Below are positions 28,354-38,917 of a stretch of 64,000 nucleotides of DNA, piece by piece. The notes under the pieces were generated by a model. The model was not told where the DNA came from. It searched no databases and worked only from the letters and a program-made list of their open reading frames with translations. The position numbers were made by a program, and so were the translations under genes. The stretch comes from Candidatus Izemoplasmataceae bacterium (GTDB lineage Bacteria; Bacillota_I; Bacilli_A; Izemoplasmatales; Izemoplasmataceae). Within the stretch, counting starts at the first letter, position 1, and each line of letters opens with the position of its first letter. The stretch is taken from positions 1 to 64,000 of the forward strand of contig JBKHEA010000004.1 in the NCBI GenBank assembly GCA_046541015.1, read 5' to 3'.

Positions 28354-30678
28354 ATGGACTATATCCAAGGAATCATTAAATATATTACATTTTATAACGA
28401 AGAAAATCATTATGGTATTATAAAAATTGAAGCGACTGAAAGCTCTTTTTCTAATACCCTTTTTGACCTTAAAGATTTAGTTACAATCACTGGATATTTT
28501 CCGCGTTTTTCTAAAGGAGATCATATTCGTTTTTACGGTGAAAAAACCATGCATCCTACTTATGGTGAACAATTCAATGCAACAAGTTATGAACGTTTTT
28601 CCGATATCTCACTTGAAGGCTTAATTGATTATTTATCGAGTGATTTATTTAAAGGCGTTGGTGAAAAAACAGCAATCAATATTGTTGAAACGCTAGGAAA
28701 AGATGCGATTAAAAAAATTATTGAAGATAAATCATGTTTAGATAAAGTCCCAAAATTATCAAATCAAGTAAAAGAAAGTTTACATCAAGGCTTAATTGAA
28801 CACAAAGCAAACGAACAAACCCTAATTCGATTATATGGGTATGGTATAAGTTCAAAAATGGCATTAAAAATGATGCGCTTTTATAAAGAACGTACCATGC
28901 AAGTCCTAGAAGAAAACCCTTATAAAATGATTGATGATATTGAAGGAGTAGGCTTTGAAAGAGCGGATTACATTGCCCAAAAACTTGGGTTTACTAAAGA
29001 CCACCCGCTAAGAATTAAAGCCATGATTTTATACTTGCTCAAATATATTATTTATCAACAAGGCCATACCATAATTCCTAAAACAAGTTTTATAGAACTC
29101 GCTTATTCTAAACTAAGCAACCAAGATGAAGCGATTAGTCATGATCATATTTTAAAACATATAAATGCGCTTATTAAAGAAGGAAAAGTTGTTGAGTTAG
29201 ATGATTATTATACAACGCGCACTATTTTCAACGCCGAAAGTGAAATTACACTCAAATTAAAAACGTTGTCTAGTCAACAAAATCCCGTTAATCAAGATAA
29301 AGTCAATCAGCTTATTAGCGCTTTTGAACTAAAAGAAGATATAAAGTATGACAGCCTGCAAAAAAAAGCGATTATTGATGCTTTAAAAAATAGAGTCATG
29401 ATTTTAACAGGTGGCCCAGGGACAGGAAAAACAACGGTTATAAAAGGATTGATCGATGTTTATTACCGTTACTATGGATTAAAACAACCATCCTTTAGTG
29501 AACGTTCGCTTATTCACTTAATTGCGCCAACTGGAAAAGCCGCAAAAAGAATGCAAGAATCAACAAGTGCCTACGCTGAAACCATTCATCGCTTTTTGGG
29601 CTATTCTTTTGATGGTACATTTTTACATGATAAATACCATTTAGTAGAAGGCAACTTATTTATCATCGATGAAGCCAGTATGATTGATGTTTTTTTAGCG
29701 GCCCAACTCTTACAAAGTTTACCTGATTATGCCCATGTAATCTTAGTTGGAGATGATGCCCAACTCCCAAGTGTTGGCCCTGGTGAATTTTTAAAAGACT
29801 TAATTGAATCCAAACAAATTCATACCATAAAATTAAACTATATCCACAGACAAAAACAAGATTCGTCAATTATCGCATTCGCTAATGCGATACGAGAAGG
29901 TATTTTACCAAGTGATGCCTTAAAAAATACGACGGACCGTTTCATGATCAAAGAAAGTCAAAATGCCTTTAAATCAAGGCTGAAAAGTATCATTGATTAC
30001 TTTATAAAAGAAGGGTATGATTTACATAAAGACATCCAAGTTTTAATTCCGATGTATAAGGGGCTTGTTGGGATTGATGAAACCAACCAATTCTTACAAA
30101 CAACGTATAACCCCCTTCACGAAGGCATCATGCATTTTAATAAAACCTTTAAAGTCAATGATAAAATCTTGCAGTTAACTAACCAAATTGAAGATGGGGT
30201 CATGAATGGTGATCAAGGTTTGATTGTTTCAGTTGATCAAGAGAAAAAAACCGTGACAGCACGTTTTGATGAAACCATTGTTGAATATAACTATAAAGAC
30301 TTAAATAACATCACCCATGCTTATGCGATGAGTATTCATAAAGCACAAGGGAGTGAATATAAAATTGTGATTGTGCCTTTTTATAAAGCACACACAATTA
30401 TGTTAAAACGAAAACTTATTTATACAGCCATCACCCGCGCAAAAGAAAAACTCATTATGCTTGGTGATTTAGACCGATTAGCTTATAGTGTTAACCACTT
30501 AGAAGAAAGCCGTTTGACAAGACTTAAAAGTTTACTAATGGATATAGGCAATGAAATTAACGAAACTTTAAGTGATGAAGTTGTTGTTCATAAAATACAA
30601 GACCCTACTATTCCATTTGACACTTTAGGGGAAGATTTAAACGGACTGACGCCTTATGATTTTTTAGATAAAAGTTAA
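28354..30678 (+). CDS. recD2: ATP-dependent RecD-like helicase
   Basis: RecD2 N-terminal domain, a GGPGTGKTT Walker A motif, and a C-terminal SH3/UvrD-like region. Confidence 0.85.
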   Translation: MDYIQGIIKYITFYNEENHYGIIKIEATESSFSNTLFDLKDLVTITGYFPRFSKGDHIRFYGEKTMHPTYGEQFNATSYERFSDISLEGLIDYLSSDLFKGVGEKTAINIVETLGKDAIKKIIEDKSCLDKVPKLSNQVKESLHQGLIEHKANEQTLIRLYGYGISSKMALKMMRFYKERTMQVLEENPYKMIDDIEGVGFERADYIAQKLGFTKDHPLRIKAMILYLLKYIIYQQGHTIIPKTSFIELAYSKLSNQDEAISHDHILKHINALIKEGKVVELDDYYTTRTIFNAESEITLKLKTLSSQQNPVNQDKVNQLISAFELKEDIKYDSLQKKAIIDALKNRVMILTGGPGTGKTTVIKGLIDVYYRYYGLKQPSFSERSLIHLIAPTGKAAKRMQESTSAYAETIHRFLGYSFDGTFLHDKYHLVEGNLFIIDEASMIDVFLAAQLLQSLPDYAHVILVGDDAQLPSVGPGEFLKDLIESKQIHTIKLNYIHRQKQDSSIIAFANAIREGILPSDALKNTTDRFMIKESQNAFKSRLKSIIDYFIKEGYDLHKDIQVLIPMYKGLVGIDETNQFLQTTYNPLHEGIMHFNKTFKVNDKILQLTNQIEDGVMNGDQGLIVSVDQEKKTVTARFDETIVEYNYKDLNNITHAYAMSIHKAQGSEYKIVIVPFYKAHTIMLKRKLIYTAITRAKEKLIMLGDLDRLAYSVNHLEESRLTRLKSLLMDIGNEINETLSDEVVVHKIQDPTIPFDTLGEDLNGLTPYDFLDKS

Positions 30679-30717
30679 GTGCTTGCACTTTAATTTTAAA
30701 CAGTGTATAATAAAACC

Positions 30718-30940
30718 GATCATAAAGAAGATGAGTAAGCGAAAAAACATTTTTAGAGAGTTTGTGGTTTGGTGAAAACAAACATGTCTTAAGCTGAAGC
30801 TACTTCTTAGAGATGACTAATCCTCATCCGCTTATGCAGCGTTAACGCAAAGAGTGCTTAATTGAACTAAGGTGGTACCGCGGATTATTTCGTCCTTAAA
30901 ATAACTTTTTAGGGACGTTTTTTTATAGTTAAAATTGAGG
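30718..30940 (+). promoter_or_regulatory. T-box riboswitch leader of alaS (GCU specifier)
   Basis: -10 TGTATAAT at 30703-30711; AGAGAG at 30755; specifier-loop context ...AAGCUACU... (GCU followed by A); T-box AACUAAGGUGGUACCGCGG at about 30871-30889; terminator CGUCCUUAAA...UUUUUAGGGACG + U7 at about 30895-30928. Confidence 0.75.
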
Positions 30941-30947
30941 TGATTTG

Positions 30948-33569
30948 ATGAAAGTATTAACAGGACATGAAATAAAAAAACTATGGCTTAAATTTTTTGA
31001 AGAAAGAGATCATAATGTTGCAGAAAGTGCATCATTAATTCCGATTAATGACCCAACACTACTTTGGATTAACGCAGGTGTTGCGGCATTAAAAGGTTAT
31101 TTTGATGGTTCTAAAATTCCAGAAAATCCGCGTATTGTCAACGCACAAAAATGCATAAGAACCAACGATATTGAAAATGTTGGTAAAACCGCACGTCATC
31201 ATACATTCTTTGAAATGTTAGGCAATTTTTCTATTGGTGATTATTTTAGAGATGACATTATTCCTTGGGCATACGAATTATTAACGAGTGATGCATATTA
31301 TGGGTTTGATCTAAAAAAACTCTATTTCACCGTGTATCCTACCGACCAAGAAACTAAAGACAAATGGTTAAGTGTAGGGGTGCCAGAAGACCATATCATT
31401 GAAAGTGATAAAAACTATTGGGAAATAGGGACAGGACCATGTGGCCCTTGTACGGAGGTTTGGTTTGACCGCGGAAGTGCTTTTGGTGAAGGCGATACAA
31501 CGCTCATTCGTGATGATATTGAAAATGACCGTTATATTGAAATATGGAATATTGTGTTTTCACAGTTTAACGCAAAAATTGGACTTTCTAGAGAAGACTA
31601 CCCAGAACTACCTAATAAAAACATCGATACTGGTATGGGACTTGAACGTATGGCTTGTGTTATTCAAGGCAAAGATACAAACTTTGAAACCGATCTGTTT
31701 TTCCCGGTAATTAAACACATCAGCCGCCTTGCAAATAAACCTTATGATGGGTCTATGAGCTTTAAAGTCATCGCAGATCATATCCGTACAGTTACATTTG
31801 CGATTAGTGATGGCGCAACATTTTCAAATGATGGACGCGGCTATGTCTTAAGACGCTTATTAAGACGTGCAGTCAAACATGGTAAACATCTAGGGATTGA
31901 CAAACCTTTCTTAAAAGAGTTGGTTGAAACCGTTGTTGAAATGATGGAAGAAAGTTATCCGTACTTAAGAAAAACGCTCCATTTCACAAAACAAGTGATT
32001 GAAAAAGAAGAACTTAAATTCTTAGAAACCTTATCACTTGGAGAAAAAATCTTAGAATCACGTTTAAAAGAAGAGGGTGATACCCTATCAGGTAAAGATG
32101 CATTTATGCTTTATGATACCTATGGATTCCCTATTGAACTGACGATTGAATATGCAGAAAGTCATGGAAAAAAAGTTGATAAAAAAGGCTTTATTACAGA
32201 AATGCAAGCTCAAAAAGACCGTGCCCGTTCTGCAAGAAAAGCCCATCAATCGATGAAGAATCAAAACGTTGAATATTTAAACTTTAAAACCCCATCAAAA
32301 TTTATCGGATATGATACGCTTGAAGCATCATCAAAAGTAATCAAAGTTTTTGAAGAAGGCATTGTTACAGAAGTAACGCCGTTTTATGCAGAAAGTGGTG
32401 GTCAAGTTTCTGATAGTGGTGTGATCATGCATAATCATGATACGTTTGAAGTCTTAGATGTTGAAAAGTTACCCAATGGGCAGTTTTTACATGTTATAGA
32501 AAACCACACGATTAAAGAAGATGATACGGTTACCTTAAAAGTGGATGAATATAAACGTAAACTTACAAAAGCGCACCATTCAGCAACCCATATCTTATAT
32601 CAAACATTAAGAGAAGTTTTAGGCGACCACGTGAGTCAACAAGGCAGTATGGTTGGGCCGGATTATTGTCGTTTTGATTTTAATCACATTGAACTTTTAG
32701 ATGATGAAACCATTTTAAAAATCGAACAATTAGTCAATCAAAAAATCAGCGAACATCTTGAGGTTAAAGTAATTAATACAACCGTAGAAGAAGCGAAAAA
32801 ACAAGGCGCAGTGGCTGAATTTGGTGAAAAATACGAAAGTAGTGTTCGTATGATTAATATGGGGGTTACCTTAGATTTATGTGGAGGAACCCATGTGGAT
32901 AATACCGATGAAATCGAAGCGTTTGCGATTGCAAGTTTAGAATCAAAAGGCTCAGGGATTTACCGAATTACTGGGCTTGCAAAAGACCGTGTGTATGATA
33001 TCACAGAATACATGGAAGGGCTAAATTCAAACATTGAAAAAACCGTCGAAAAAGCCAATCATTTACTTAGTAAGGCAAATGCTGAAGGCTTTGATTTAGC
33101 TTTTGATTTACCAAAAAAGCCAAGTATTAAAGGGTCTTATCAAGATATTATCAATACACGCGCTTACTTTAATACCTTACAAAATCAAGTAAAAGAACTT
33201 GAAAAAACATTGACGTTAAAACGTGAAAAAGAATCCTTAAAAAACATTGAAACCTATTTAAAAGAAGCATCCTATGGTAAAATAGTTATAAAGGTAGAAG
33301 GCTTAGATGCAAAAACAGTTAAAACCCTTGCGGATACTTTAATGGACCGTTTAGGAAAAGGTGTTGTCTTTATCGCTAATGTTCAAATGGATAAAGTTTT
33401 ACTCGTTTGTAAATCAACCACCGATATCCATGCTGGCCATTTAGTTAAAGAAGCCGCAAACCTAGCAGGTGGCGGTGGTGGTGGCCGCAGTGATTTTGCC
33501 CAAGCTGGCGCTAAAGACGTTTCAAAAGTTGATGACGTTATTCGCTTTGTTAAGGAAAAAATTCAATGA
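30948..33569 (+). CDS. alaS: Alanine--tRNA ligase
   Basis: 874 aa; class II core, the HSATHIL editing-domain HxxxH, and a C-terminal DHHA1 GGGGG motif. ATG 30948 (the track's TTG 30945 abuts the ribosome-binding site). Confidence 0.95.
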   Translation: MKVLTGHEIKKLWLKFFEERDHNVAESASLIPINDPTLLWINAGVAALKGYFDGSKIPENPRIVNAQKCIRTNDIENVGKTARHHTFFEMLGNFSIGDYFRDDIIPWAYELLTSDAYYGFDLKKLYFTVYPTDQETKDKWLSVGVPEDHIIESDKNYWEIGTGPCGPCTEVWFDRGSAFGEGDTTLIRDDIENDRYIEIWNIVFSQFNAKIGLSREDYPELPNKNIDTGMGLERMACVIQGKDTNFETDLFFPVIKHISRLANKPYDGSMSFKVIADHIRTVTFAISDGATFSNDGRGYVLRRLLRRAVKHGKHLGIDKPFLKELVETVVEMMEESYPYLRKTLHFTKQVIEKEELKFLETLSLGEKILESRLKEEGDTLSGKDAFMLYDTYGFPIELTIEYAESHGKKVDKKGFITEMQAQKDRARSARKAHQSMKNQNVEYLNFKTPSKFIGYDTLEASSKVIKVFEEGIVTEVTPFYAESGGQVSDSGVIMHNHDTFEVLDVEKLPNGQFLHVIENHTIKEDDTVTLKVDEYKRKLTKAHHSATHILYQTLREVLGDHVSQQGSMVGPDYCRFDFNHIELLDDETILKIEQLVNQKISEHLEVKVINTTVEEAKKQGAVAEFGEKYESSVRMINMGVTLDLCGGTHVDNTDEIEAFAIASLESKGSGIYRITGLAKDRVYDITEYMEGLNSNIEKTVEKANHLLSKANAEGFDLAFDLPKKPSIKGSYQDIINTRAYFNTLQNQVKELEKTLTLKREKESLKNIETYLKEASYGKIVIKVEGLDAKTVKTLADTLMDRLGKGVVFIANVQMDKVLLVCKSTTDIHAGHLVKEAANLAGGGGGGRSDFAQAGAKDVSKVDDVIRFVKEKIQ

Positions 33570-33979
33570 AAATTATGGGTTTAGACTTAGGCAGTAAAAC
33601 CTTAGGCATTGCAATTAGTGATGACTTTCAAATGCTTGCAAGAAGTTTAGATACTATCCGTTTTAATACCAATCAATACCATGAAGCCATTGCTAAACTT
33701 AAACCTTTTATCGATCAATTTAATATTGAGACCATTGTATTAGGGTATCCAAAGAATATGGATGGTAGTGTTGGATTTCAAGGTCAAGAAACGTTAAAAT
33801 TTAAAGAAAAATTAGCGGTTTATAATATTCCAATTATTTTATGGGATGAGCGACTCACTAGTCAAATGGCCCAAAACTATATGATTAAAGATAACAAAAA
33901 ACGCACGACTAGAAAACAAACTATTGATCAAGAAGCCGCAAAACTCATATTACAAGGCTATCTTGACAGTAAAAAATAG
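33566..33979 (+). CDS. ruvX: Holliday-junction resolvase-like RNase YqgF/RuvX
   Basis: MKIMGLDLGSKTLGIAISD. Confidence 0.85.
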   Translation: MKIMGLDLGSKTLGIAISDDFQMLARSLDTIRFNTNQYHEAIAKLKPFIDQFNIETIVLGYPKNMDGSVGFQGQETLKFKEKLAVYNIPIILWDERLTSQMAQNYMIKDNKKRTTRKQTIDQEAAKLILQGYLDSKK

Positions 33980-33989
33980 GAGGACAAAA

Positions 33990-34259
33990 ATGGACGACAA
34001 AACATTACGCATCATTGACGAAGAAGGCAATGAAATTGATTATGAAATTGTTTTTACCTACACTGATGATACCCGCAAAAAATCTTACGTGGTCTATAAA
34101 GAATTAGGCGATTCTGAAGAAGTATTCGCAGCCATCTATGAACCAGATGGCGATGGTGGTAATTTACTTCCAATTGAAACTGATGAAGAATGGGACATGA
34201 TTGAAGAAAAACTTGATGCCTATTTAGATGATGAAGACCATCATCACCATGAAGAATAA
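33990..34259 (+). CDS. DUF1292 (YrzB-like) protein with an acidic/His-rich tail (DDEDHHHHEE)
   Basis: IDEEGNEIDYEIVFTYTDD...YVVYKEL core. It occupies the conserved position between ruvX and yrrM. ATG 33990 follows the AGGAGG ribosome-binding site. Confidence 0.65.
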   Translation: MDDKTLRIIDEEGNEIDYEIVFTYTDDTRKKSYVVYKELGDSEEVFAAIYEPDGDGGNLLPIETDEEWDMIEEKLDAYLDDEDHHHHEE

Positions 34260-34914
34260 TCAAGCATACTTAAATACAATAAATCCTAAGGAAACGGAAC
34301 CTAGTTTCGTTTCCTTAAGACGTTATGCACAAACTTACAATGTTCCAATTATTACTTATGAAGGTATCTTGTTTTTAAAACAATTGATTCGTTTAAAACA
34401 TGTTAAACGAATTTTAGAAATAGGGACTGCGATTGGTTATAGCGCAACGCATATGGCTTCAGTTGATGAATCCATCCATGTTACGACCATCGAACGCGAT
34501 ATGACTATGATAAAAAAAGCCCAAGAGACTTTTTTAAACAGTCCTTACAAAGATCAAATTACACTCATTGAAGGGGACGCGCTTGAAGTATCCATCAATC
34601 CTGACTTACCTTATGATTTAATCTTTATTGATGCTGCAAAAGCGCAAAGTCAACGTTTTTTTGAGCGCTTTGAACCCTATTTAGCCCAACAAGGCATCAT
34701 CGTTACAGATAACTTACTGTTTCACGGGTATTTAGTTAAAGCGCACCCTAGTAAGCGTTTATTGCAACTGACAAAAAAAATTGATGCATTCAATCATTAT
34801 CTAATGAAGCGAAAAGATTATGATACCGTTATTTATCCAATAGGAGATGGCATGAGTGTAAGTATCAAATGCGAGGTGAACCATGAAGCTAGCCGTAACA
34901 CTAAATCACATTGA
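34249..34914 (+). CDS. trmR: Class I SAM-dependent O-methyltransferase, YrrM/TrmR-like (tRNA mo5U)
   Basis: LEIGTAIGYS SAM motif I and FIDAAK motif. The start is uncertain; the track offers 34228. Confidence 0.65.
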   Translation: MKNNQAYLNTINPKETEPSFVSLRRYAQTYNVPIITYEGILFLKQLIRLKHVKRILEIGTAIGYSATHMASVDESIHVTTIERDMTMIKKAQETFLNSPYKDQITLIEGDALEVSINPDLPYDLIFIDAAKAQSQRFFERFEPYLAQQGIIVTDNLLFHGYLVKAHPSKRLLQLTKKIDAFNHYLMKRKDYDTVIYPIGDGMSVSIKCEVNHEASRNTKSH

Positions 34915-35764
34915 TAGTTTAAACATTTTATTAAAAAAAGACATTCACGCCATTATTATTGGCTTATCTAATTTTGCACAACGCTTAGAAACAACATTTG
35001 ACATAGAAACCATTACTCGTTTAGTAAATGATATTAAAGCCCATGATAAAGCGGTTTATATTTCAATGAATATTTTAATTCATGACGACTTTGTCCCGGC
35101 TTTATATGAAGCCTTAGATGCCTTAAAAAATCTTTCAATAGATGGTATATTATTTGCGGATTTGGCTGTTTATATGGCCGCAAAAGAACGTAATCTTAGC
35201 CATTTATTAATTTACTATCCAGAAACTTATGTAACAAGTTTAGATGATGTAACGTTTTGGCACAATCAAAAGATAAAAGCGGTTATCTTAGCCAGAGAAC
35301 TCACCTTAGATGATATTGAATATATTATAAAAAATTCAGTATTACCTGTAATGACGGTTGGTCATGGCTATTTAAATATGTTTCATTCAAGACGTGCTCT
35401 TGTTGAAAATTATTTTTTATATACTAAAGATCAAGACCCTAATGCCGTTAAAGATAGTAAAAATCTAACCTTGATTGAAGAAAAAAGAAACGAAAAGTTA
35501 AAAATCATTCAAGATGAATTTGGAACCCATATATTTAGATCAAAACCACTTCATAGTTTTAAGGTGCTAAATGTGCTTCGTAATCATCTTGACACACTTA
35601 TTATTGATACAACCTTTTTTAATGGTGATGAATCGATTAAGATTATTGACGATTACCTAAAAGCCTTAAACAATCAAGACATTGATTTATCTTATTATGA
35701 AAAAACGCATGATGAAGGATTTTATTACAAAAAAACCGTGCTTATAAAGGAGGGAGACGCATGA
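34883..35764 (+). CDS. U32-family protein, YrrN-like (tRNA ho5U hydroxylation partner)
   Basis: Paralog of the downstream U32 gene that lacks the Cys-rich motif; conserved gene order. Confidence 0.65.
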   Translation: MKLAVTLNHIDSLNILLKKDIHAIIIGLSNFAQRLETTFDIETITRLVNDIKAHDKAVYISMNILIHDDFVPALYEALDALKNLSIDGILFADLAVYMAAKERNLSHLLIYYPETYVTSLDDVTFWHNQKIKAVILARELTLDDIEYIIKNSVLPVMTVGHGYLNMFHSRRALVENYFLYTKDQDPNAVKDSKNLTLIEEKRNEKLKIIQDEFGTHIFRSKPLHSFKVLNVLRNHLDTLIIDTTFFNGDESIKIIDDYLKALNNQDIDLSYYEKTHDEGFYYKKTVLIKEGDA

Positions 35765-36954
35765 AAAAACCAGAATTACTCGCCCCAGCTGGTGACTTAG
35801 AAAAACTAAAGATTGCCCTCATGTACGGTGCAGACGCTGTTTTTATTGGTGGTAAAGAGTTTTCTCTTAGAGCCCGAGCTAGCAATTTCGGGATTGAAGA
35901 GATTAAAGAAGCTTGTGATTTTGCCCACCAATTAGGTAAAAAAGTCTATGTAACCACTAATATCATCCCGCATAGTTCGGATTTAGAAGGATTAGTGCCT
36001 TACTTAGAAAAACTAGAAGAAGCAAACGTAGATGCGATTATTTGTGCTTCATCGAGCATTATCGAAGCCGCTAAAGCCCATACGAATTTAGAAATTCATT
36101 TATCCACCCAACAATCCATTACCAATCATTTAGCCGTAAACTTTTGGCAAGAAAAAGGCGTCAAACGCGTTGTATTAGCTAGAGAGTTATCCCTTGATGA
36201 ATTAAGAACTTTAAGAAATCAGACAAACGCTGATTTAGAAGTCTTTATTCATGGTGGGATGTGTGTTTCATATTCTGGTAAATGCACGCTATCTAATAAT
36301 ATGACAGACCGTGATGCAAACCGCGGAGGATGCGCACATTCATGCCGCTGGAATTATGATATATTTGATGGGGATGAACAGCTTAATACCTCTATGCCCT
36401 TTGCGATGAGCTCTAAAGACTTACAATCCATAAGACATATTTCTTCACTGATAGATATTGGGGTTGAATCATTGAAAATTGAAGGGCGTATGAAAAGTGT
36501 TCATTATATTGCGACGGTTGTAAAAACCTATCGTAATCTTATAGATGATATCTGTGATGACATTAAGCTAGAAATTCCTAAATATTTACTTGAGATAAAA
36601 AAAGCTGAAAACCGATTAACTTCTCATGGATTTATGGAAGGAATGACAACAGTCAATGAACAACTATATAACTTAAGAAGCGAACAACCAACTCAAGCAT
36701 TCATCGGTTTGGTTTTAGATTATGATGAAGCAACACAAACTGCCACCATAGAACAACGTAATTATTTTGAAGCAGGCGATTTAATCGAAGTCTTTACCCC
36801 ACGGTTTGAAGTAGTGAGCTTTGTAGCGCCTTCTATGAAAACCCTTGATGGTGAAGCTATTGATATTGCTAGACACCCTAAACAAATCTTAAAATTAAAA
36901 ATTCCCATCCCACTAAAACCATTTGATATGTTAAGAAAAGTTCAAATGGATTAA
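35761..36954 (+). CDS. U32-family peptidase/tRNA hydroxylase, YrrO/TrhP-like
   Basis: MKKPELLAPAGDLEKLKIAL N-terminus and the CxxxxxCxxC-like region GMCVSYSGKCTLSNNMTDRDANRGGCAHSCRW. Confidence 0.8.
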   Translation: MKKPELLAPAGDLEKLKIALMYGADAVFIGGKEFSLRARASNFGIEEIKEACDFAHQLGKKVYVTTNIIPHSSDLEGLVPYLEKLEEANVDAIICASSSIIEAAKAHTNLEIHLSTQQSITNHLAVNFWQEKGVKRVVLARELSLDELRTLRNQTNADLEVFIHGGMCVSYSGKCTLSNNMTDRDANRGGCAHSCRWNYDIFDGDEQLNTSMPFAMSSKDLQSIRHISSLIDIGVESLKIEGRMKSVHYIATVVKTYRNLIDDICDDIKLEIPKYLLEIKKAENRLTSHGFMEGMTTVNEQLYNLRSEQPTQAFIGLVLDYDEATQTATIEQRNYFEAGDLIEVFTPRFEVVSFVAPSMKTLDGEAIDIARHPKQILKLKIPIPLKPFDMLRKVQMD

Positions 36955-37018
36955 ATATTGTTAAAAAAAGACTTTCATGATACAATACATGTTTAGATAA
37001 ACCTAAGGAGGATAACTT

Positions 37019-37489
37019 ATGGAAACAAACGGAAAATATAAATTAACCCAAAGTGGAATCGACCAATATAAAGAAGAATTAGAACGCTTAAAAACTGTTG
37101 ATCGCGAGCGTAACTTAGAAGCATTAAAAGAAGCACGCGCCCAAGGTGACTTAAGTGAAAACGCTGATTACGATGCGGCTAGAGAAGAACAAGCGCGCAT
37201 TGAAAAACGTATAAAAGAACTAGAAAACATTTTAAAAAACGCAGAACTTATTAAAGAAGATACCTCAAATAAAGTAAATATCGGTAAAGTCGTTACCTTA
37301 AAACTCAATGACTTAGAACCAACAGAATATGCTTTAGTCGGTACTTTAGAAGCGAACCCAATTGAAAATAAAATTTCCAACGAATCGCCAGTTGGAAAAG
37401 CCATCATTGGCCATAAAAAAGGTGAATCAGTAACCTTTAAAACCGAAGCGAACAAAGAAATCAAAGTAACGATTGTAGACGTGAAATAA
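37019..37489 (+). CDS. greA: Transcription elongation factor GreA
   Basis: N-terminal coiled coil with a C-terminal FKBP-like domain. Confidence 0.9.
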   Translation: METNGKYKLTQSGIDQYKEELERLKTVDRERNLEALKEARAQGDLSENADYDAAREEQARIEKRIKELENILKNAELIKEDTSNKVNIGKVVTLKLNDLEPTEYALVGTLEANPIENKISNESPVGKAIIGHKKGESVTFKTEANKEIKVTIVDVK

Positions 37490-37512
37490 AGAATGCTCGC
37501 CATTCTTTTTTT
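37489..37512 (+). terminator. Terminator after greA
   Basis: aagaatg-ctcgc-cattctt + T7. Confidence 0.6.
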
Positions 37513-37531
37513 CATAAAAACGAGGTGACTT

Positions 37532-38218
37532 ATGAATATCGGAATTATCTTTGCGATGCAAGAAGAACTCGATGCCTTCTTAGCTCTCATAAAAAACACA
37601 GAAAGTGAAACCTTTAATGCCATCACGTTTTTTAAAGGAACCATTGATGATCATCAAATAATTATGACACTCTCAGGCATCGGAAAAGTTCAAGCAAGCT
37701 TTGCGACAACCCGCATGTTAAGTTTATACGATATTGATATGATCTTTAATAGCGGTGTTGCTGGTGGGATTAACATAAACATACAATCACTTGTCATATC
37801 TAGTGGTTTACTTTATCATGATGTTGATGTTACAGCGTTTAATTATGAACTTGGCCAAATTCCTAATCAGTCACTGATTTTAAAAGCGGACGATTTATTA
37901 GTAAGTCTTGCAGAAAACAAAGCACGTCTATTAAATCTTGATTATAAGATTGGTCTTATTGCCTCAGGTGATCAGTTCGTTACAACAATGAGCCAAATTA
38001 AACCTTTTGTAGAGCGCTTTGATGACTTGTTTGCGGTCGAAATGGAAGCTACAGCGATTGCACATGTTGCGTATTTATTTGATAAACCTTTTTTAGCTAT
38101 CCGTTCTATCTCAGATCAAATAGGACAATCTTCTCAAGCAGACGATTTTCTAAGCTTTATTAAAAACGCGGCATTAAATGCTGCAACCTTACTCTATCAA
38201 GTGATAAAAGCATTATGA
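37532..38218 (+). CDS. mtnN: 5'-methylthioadenosine/S-adenosylhomocysteine nucleosidase
   Basis: MNIGIIFAMQEE...FNSGVAGG...EMEATAIAHV. Confidence 0.85.
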   Translation: MNIGIIFAMQEELDAFLALIKNTESETFNAITFFKGTIDDHQIIMTLSGIGKVQASFATTRMLSLYDIDMIFNSGVAGGININIQSLVISSGLLYHDVDVTAFNYELGQIPNQSLILKADDLLVSLAENKARLLNLDYKIGLIASGDQFVTTMSQIKPFVERFDDLFAVEMEATAIAHVAYLFDKPFLAIRSISDQIGQSSQADDFLSFIKNAALNAATLLYQVIKAL

Positions 38219-38907
38219 TTATAAAAAAAATCCTTAATAACCAAGATTGCATTTTTCATATTGTTAAAAGAAAAAGACAAAAAAGGATTATCATTAGAAA
38301 AATTGATCGCTGTCAGTTTCAAGTTAGTGCCCCTTATAAAGCAAACCCTGGTGCTATAGAAAAAGCAATCGATCGTCATAAAGATCATTTACTAAAACTG
38401 CCGCTTAGCGTTGATATGGCTAAGAAAATTCAAAATAGCAGCGCACTACCAATCTTTGATACCTTATTTTTTATCAAAGAAAATACACTAGATAAAAATT
38501 ATATCGATTATGAAACCAAAACCATTCACATTGCGCAAAATAAAGATCGCTACGCAATCATTAAAACCTTACTTAAAGAACCTTTGTTAGAAGCCATTGA
38601 TGCATTAAAAGAAAAATATAAAGAAGATTTTCCTTTAAGTGATGTCCGTTTTAGACTACAATATATGAAAAGCAAATATGGTAGTTGTCAGCCCATAAAA
38701 AAACATATTTCGCTTAATTTAGAACTTGTTCACTACCCAAAAGAATTTTTAGAATTTATTTTTGTTCATGAAGCAACACATTTATTTTATCCAAACCATT
38801 CACAAAACTTTTATCATCATTTAGCCCGTTATATTAAAAATCATCGTGAGATGAAACAAACGTTAGAATCAACTCGAAAGCTATTTTATCAAACAAGCAC
38901 TGATTAA
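38215..38907 (+). CDS. YgjP-like metal-dependent hydrolase (DUF45/WLM-like, HExxH)
   Basis: YGSC...ISLN...FVHEATHLFYPNH motif. Confidence 0.6.
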   Translation: MIIKKILNNQDCIFHIVKRKRQKRIIIRKIDRCQFQVSAPYKANPGAIEKAIDRHKDHLLKLPLSVDMAKKIQNSSALPIFDTLFFIKENTLDKNYIDYETKTIHIAQNKDRYAIIKTLLKEPLLEAIDALKEKYKEDFPLSDVRFRLQYMKSKYGSCQPIKKHISLNLELVHYPKEFLEFIFVHEATHLFYPNHSQNFYHHLARYIKNHREMKQTLESTRKLFYQTSTD

Positions 38908-38917
38908 GGAGAAACTT

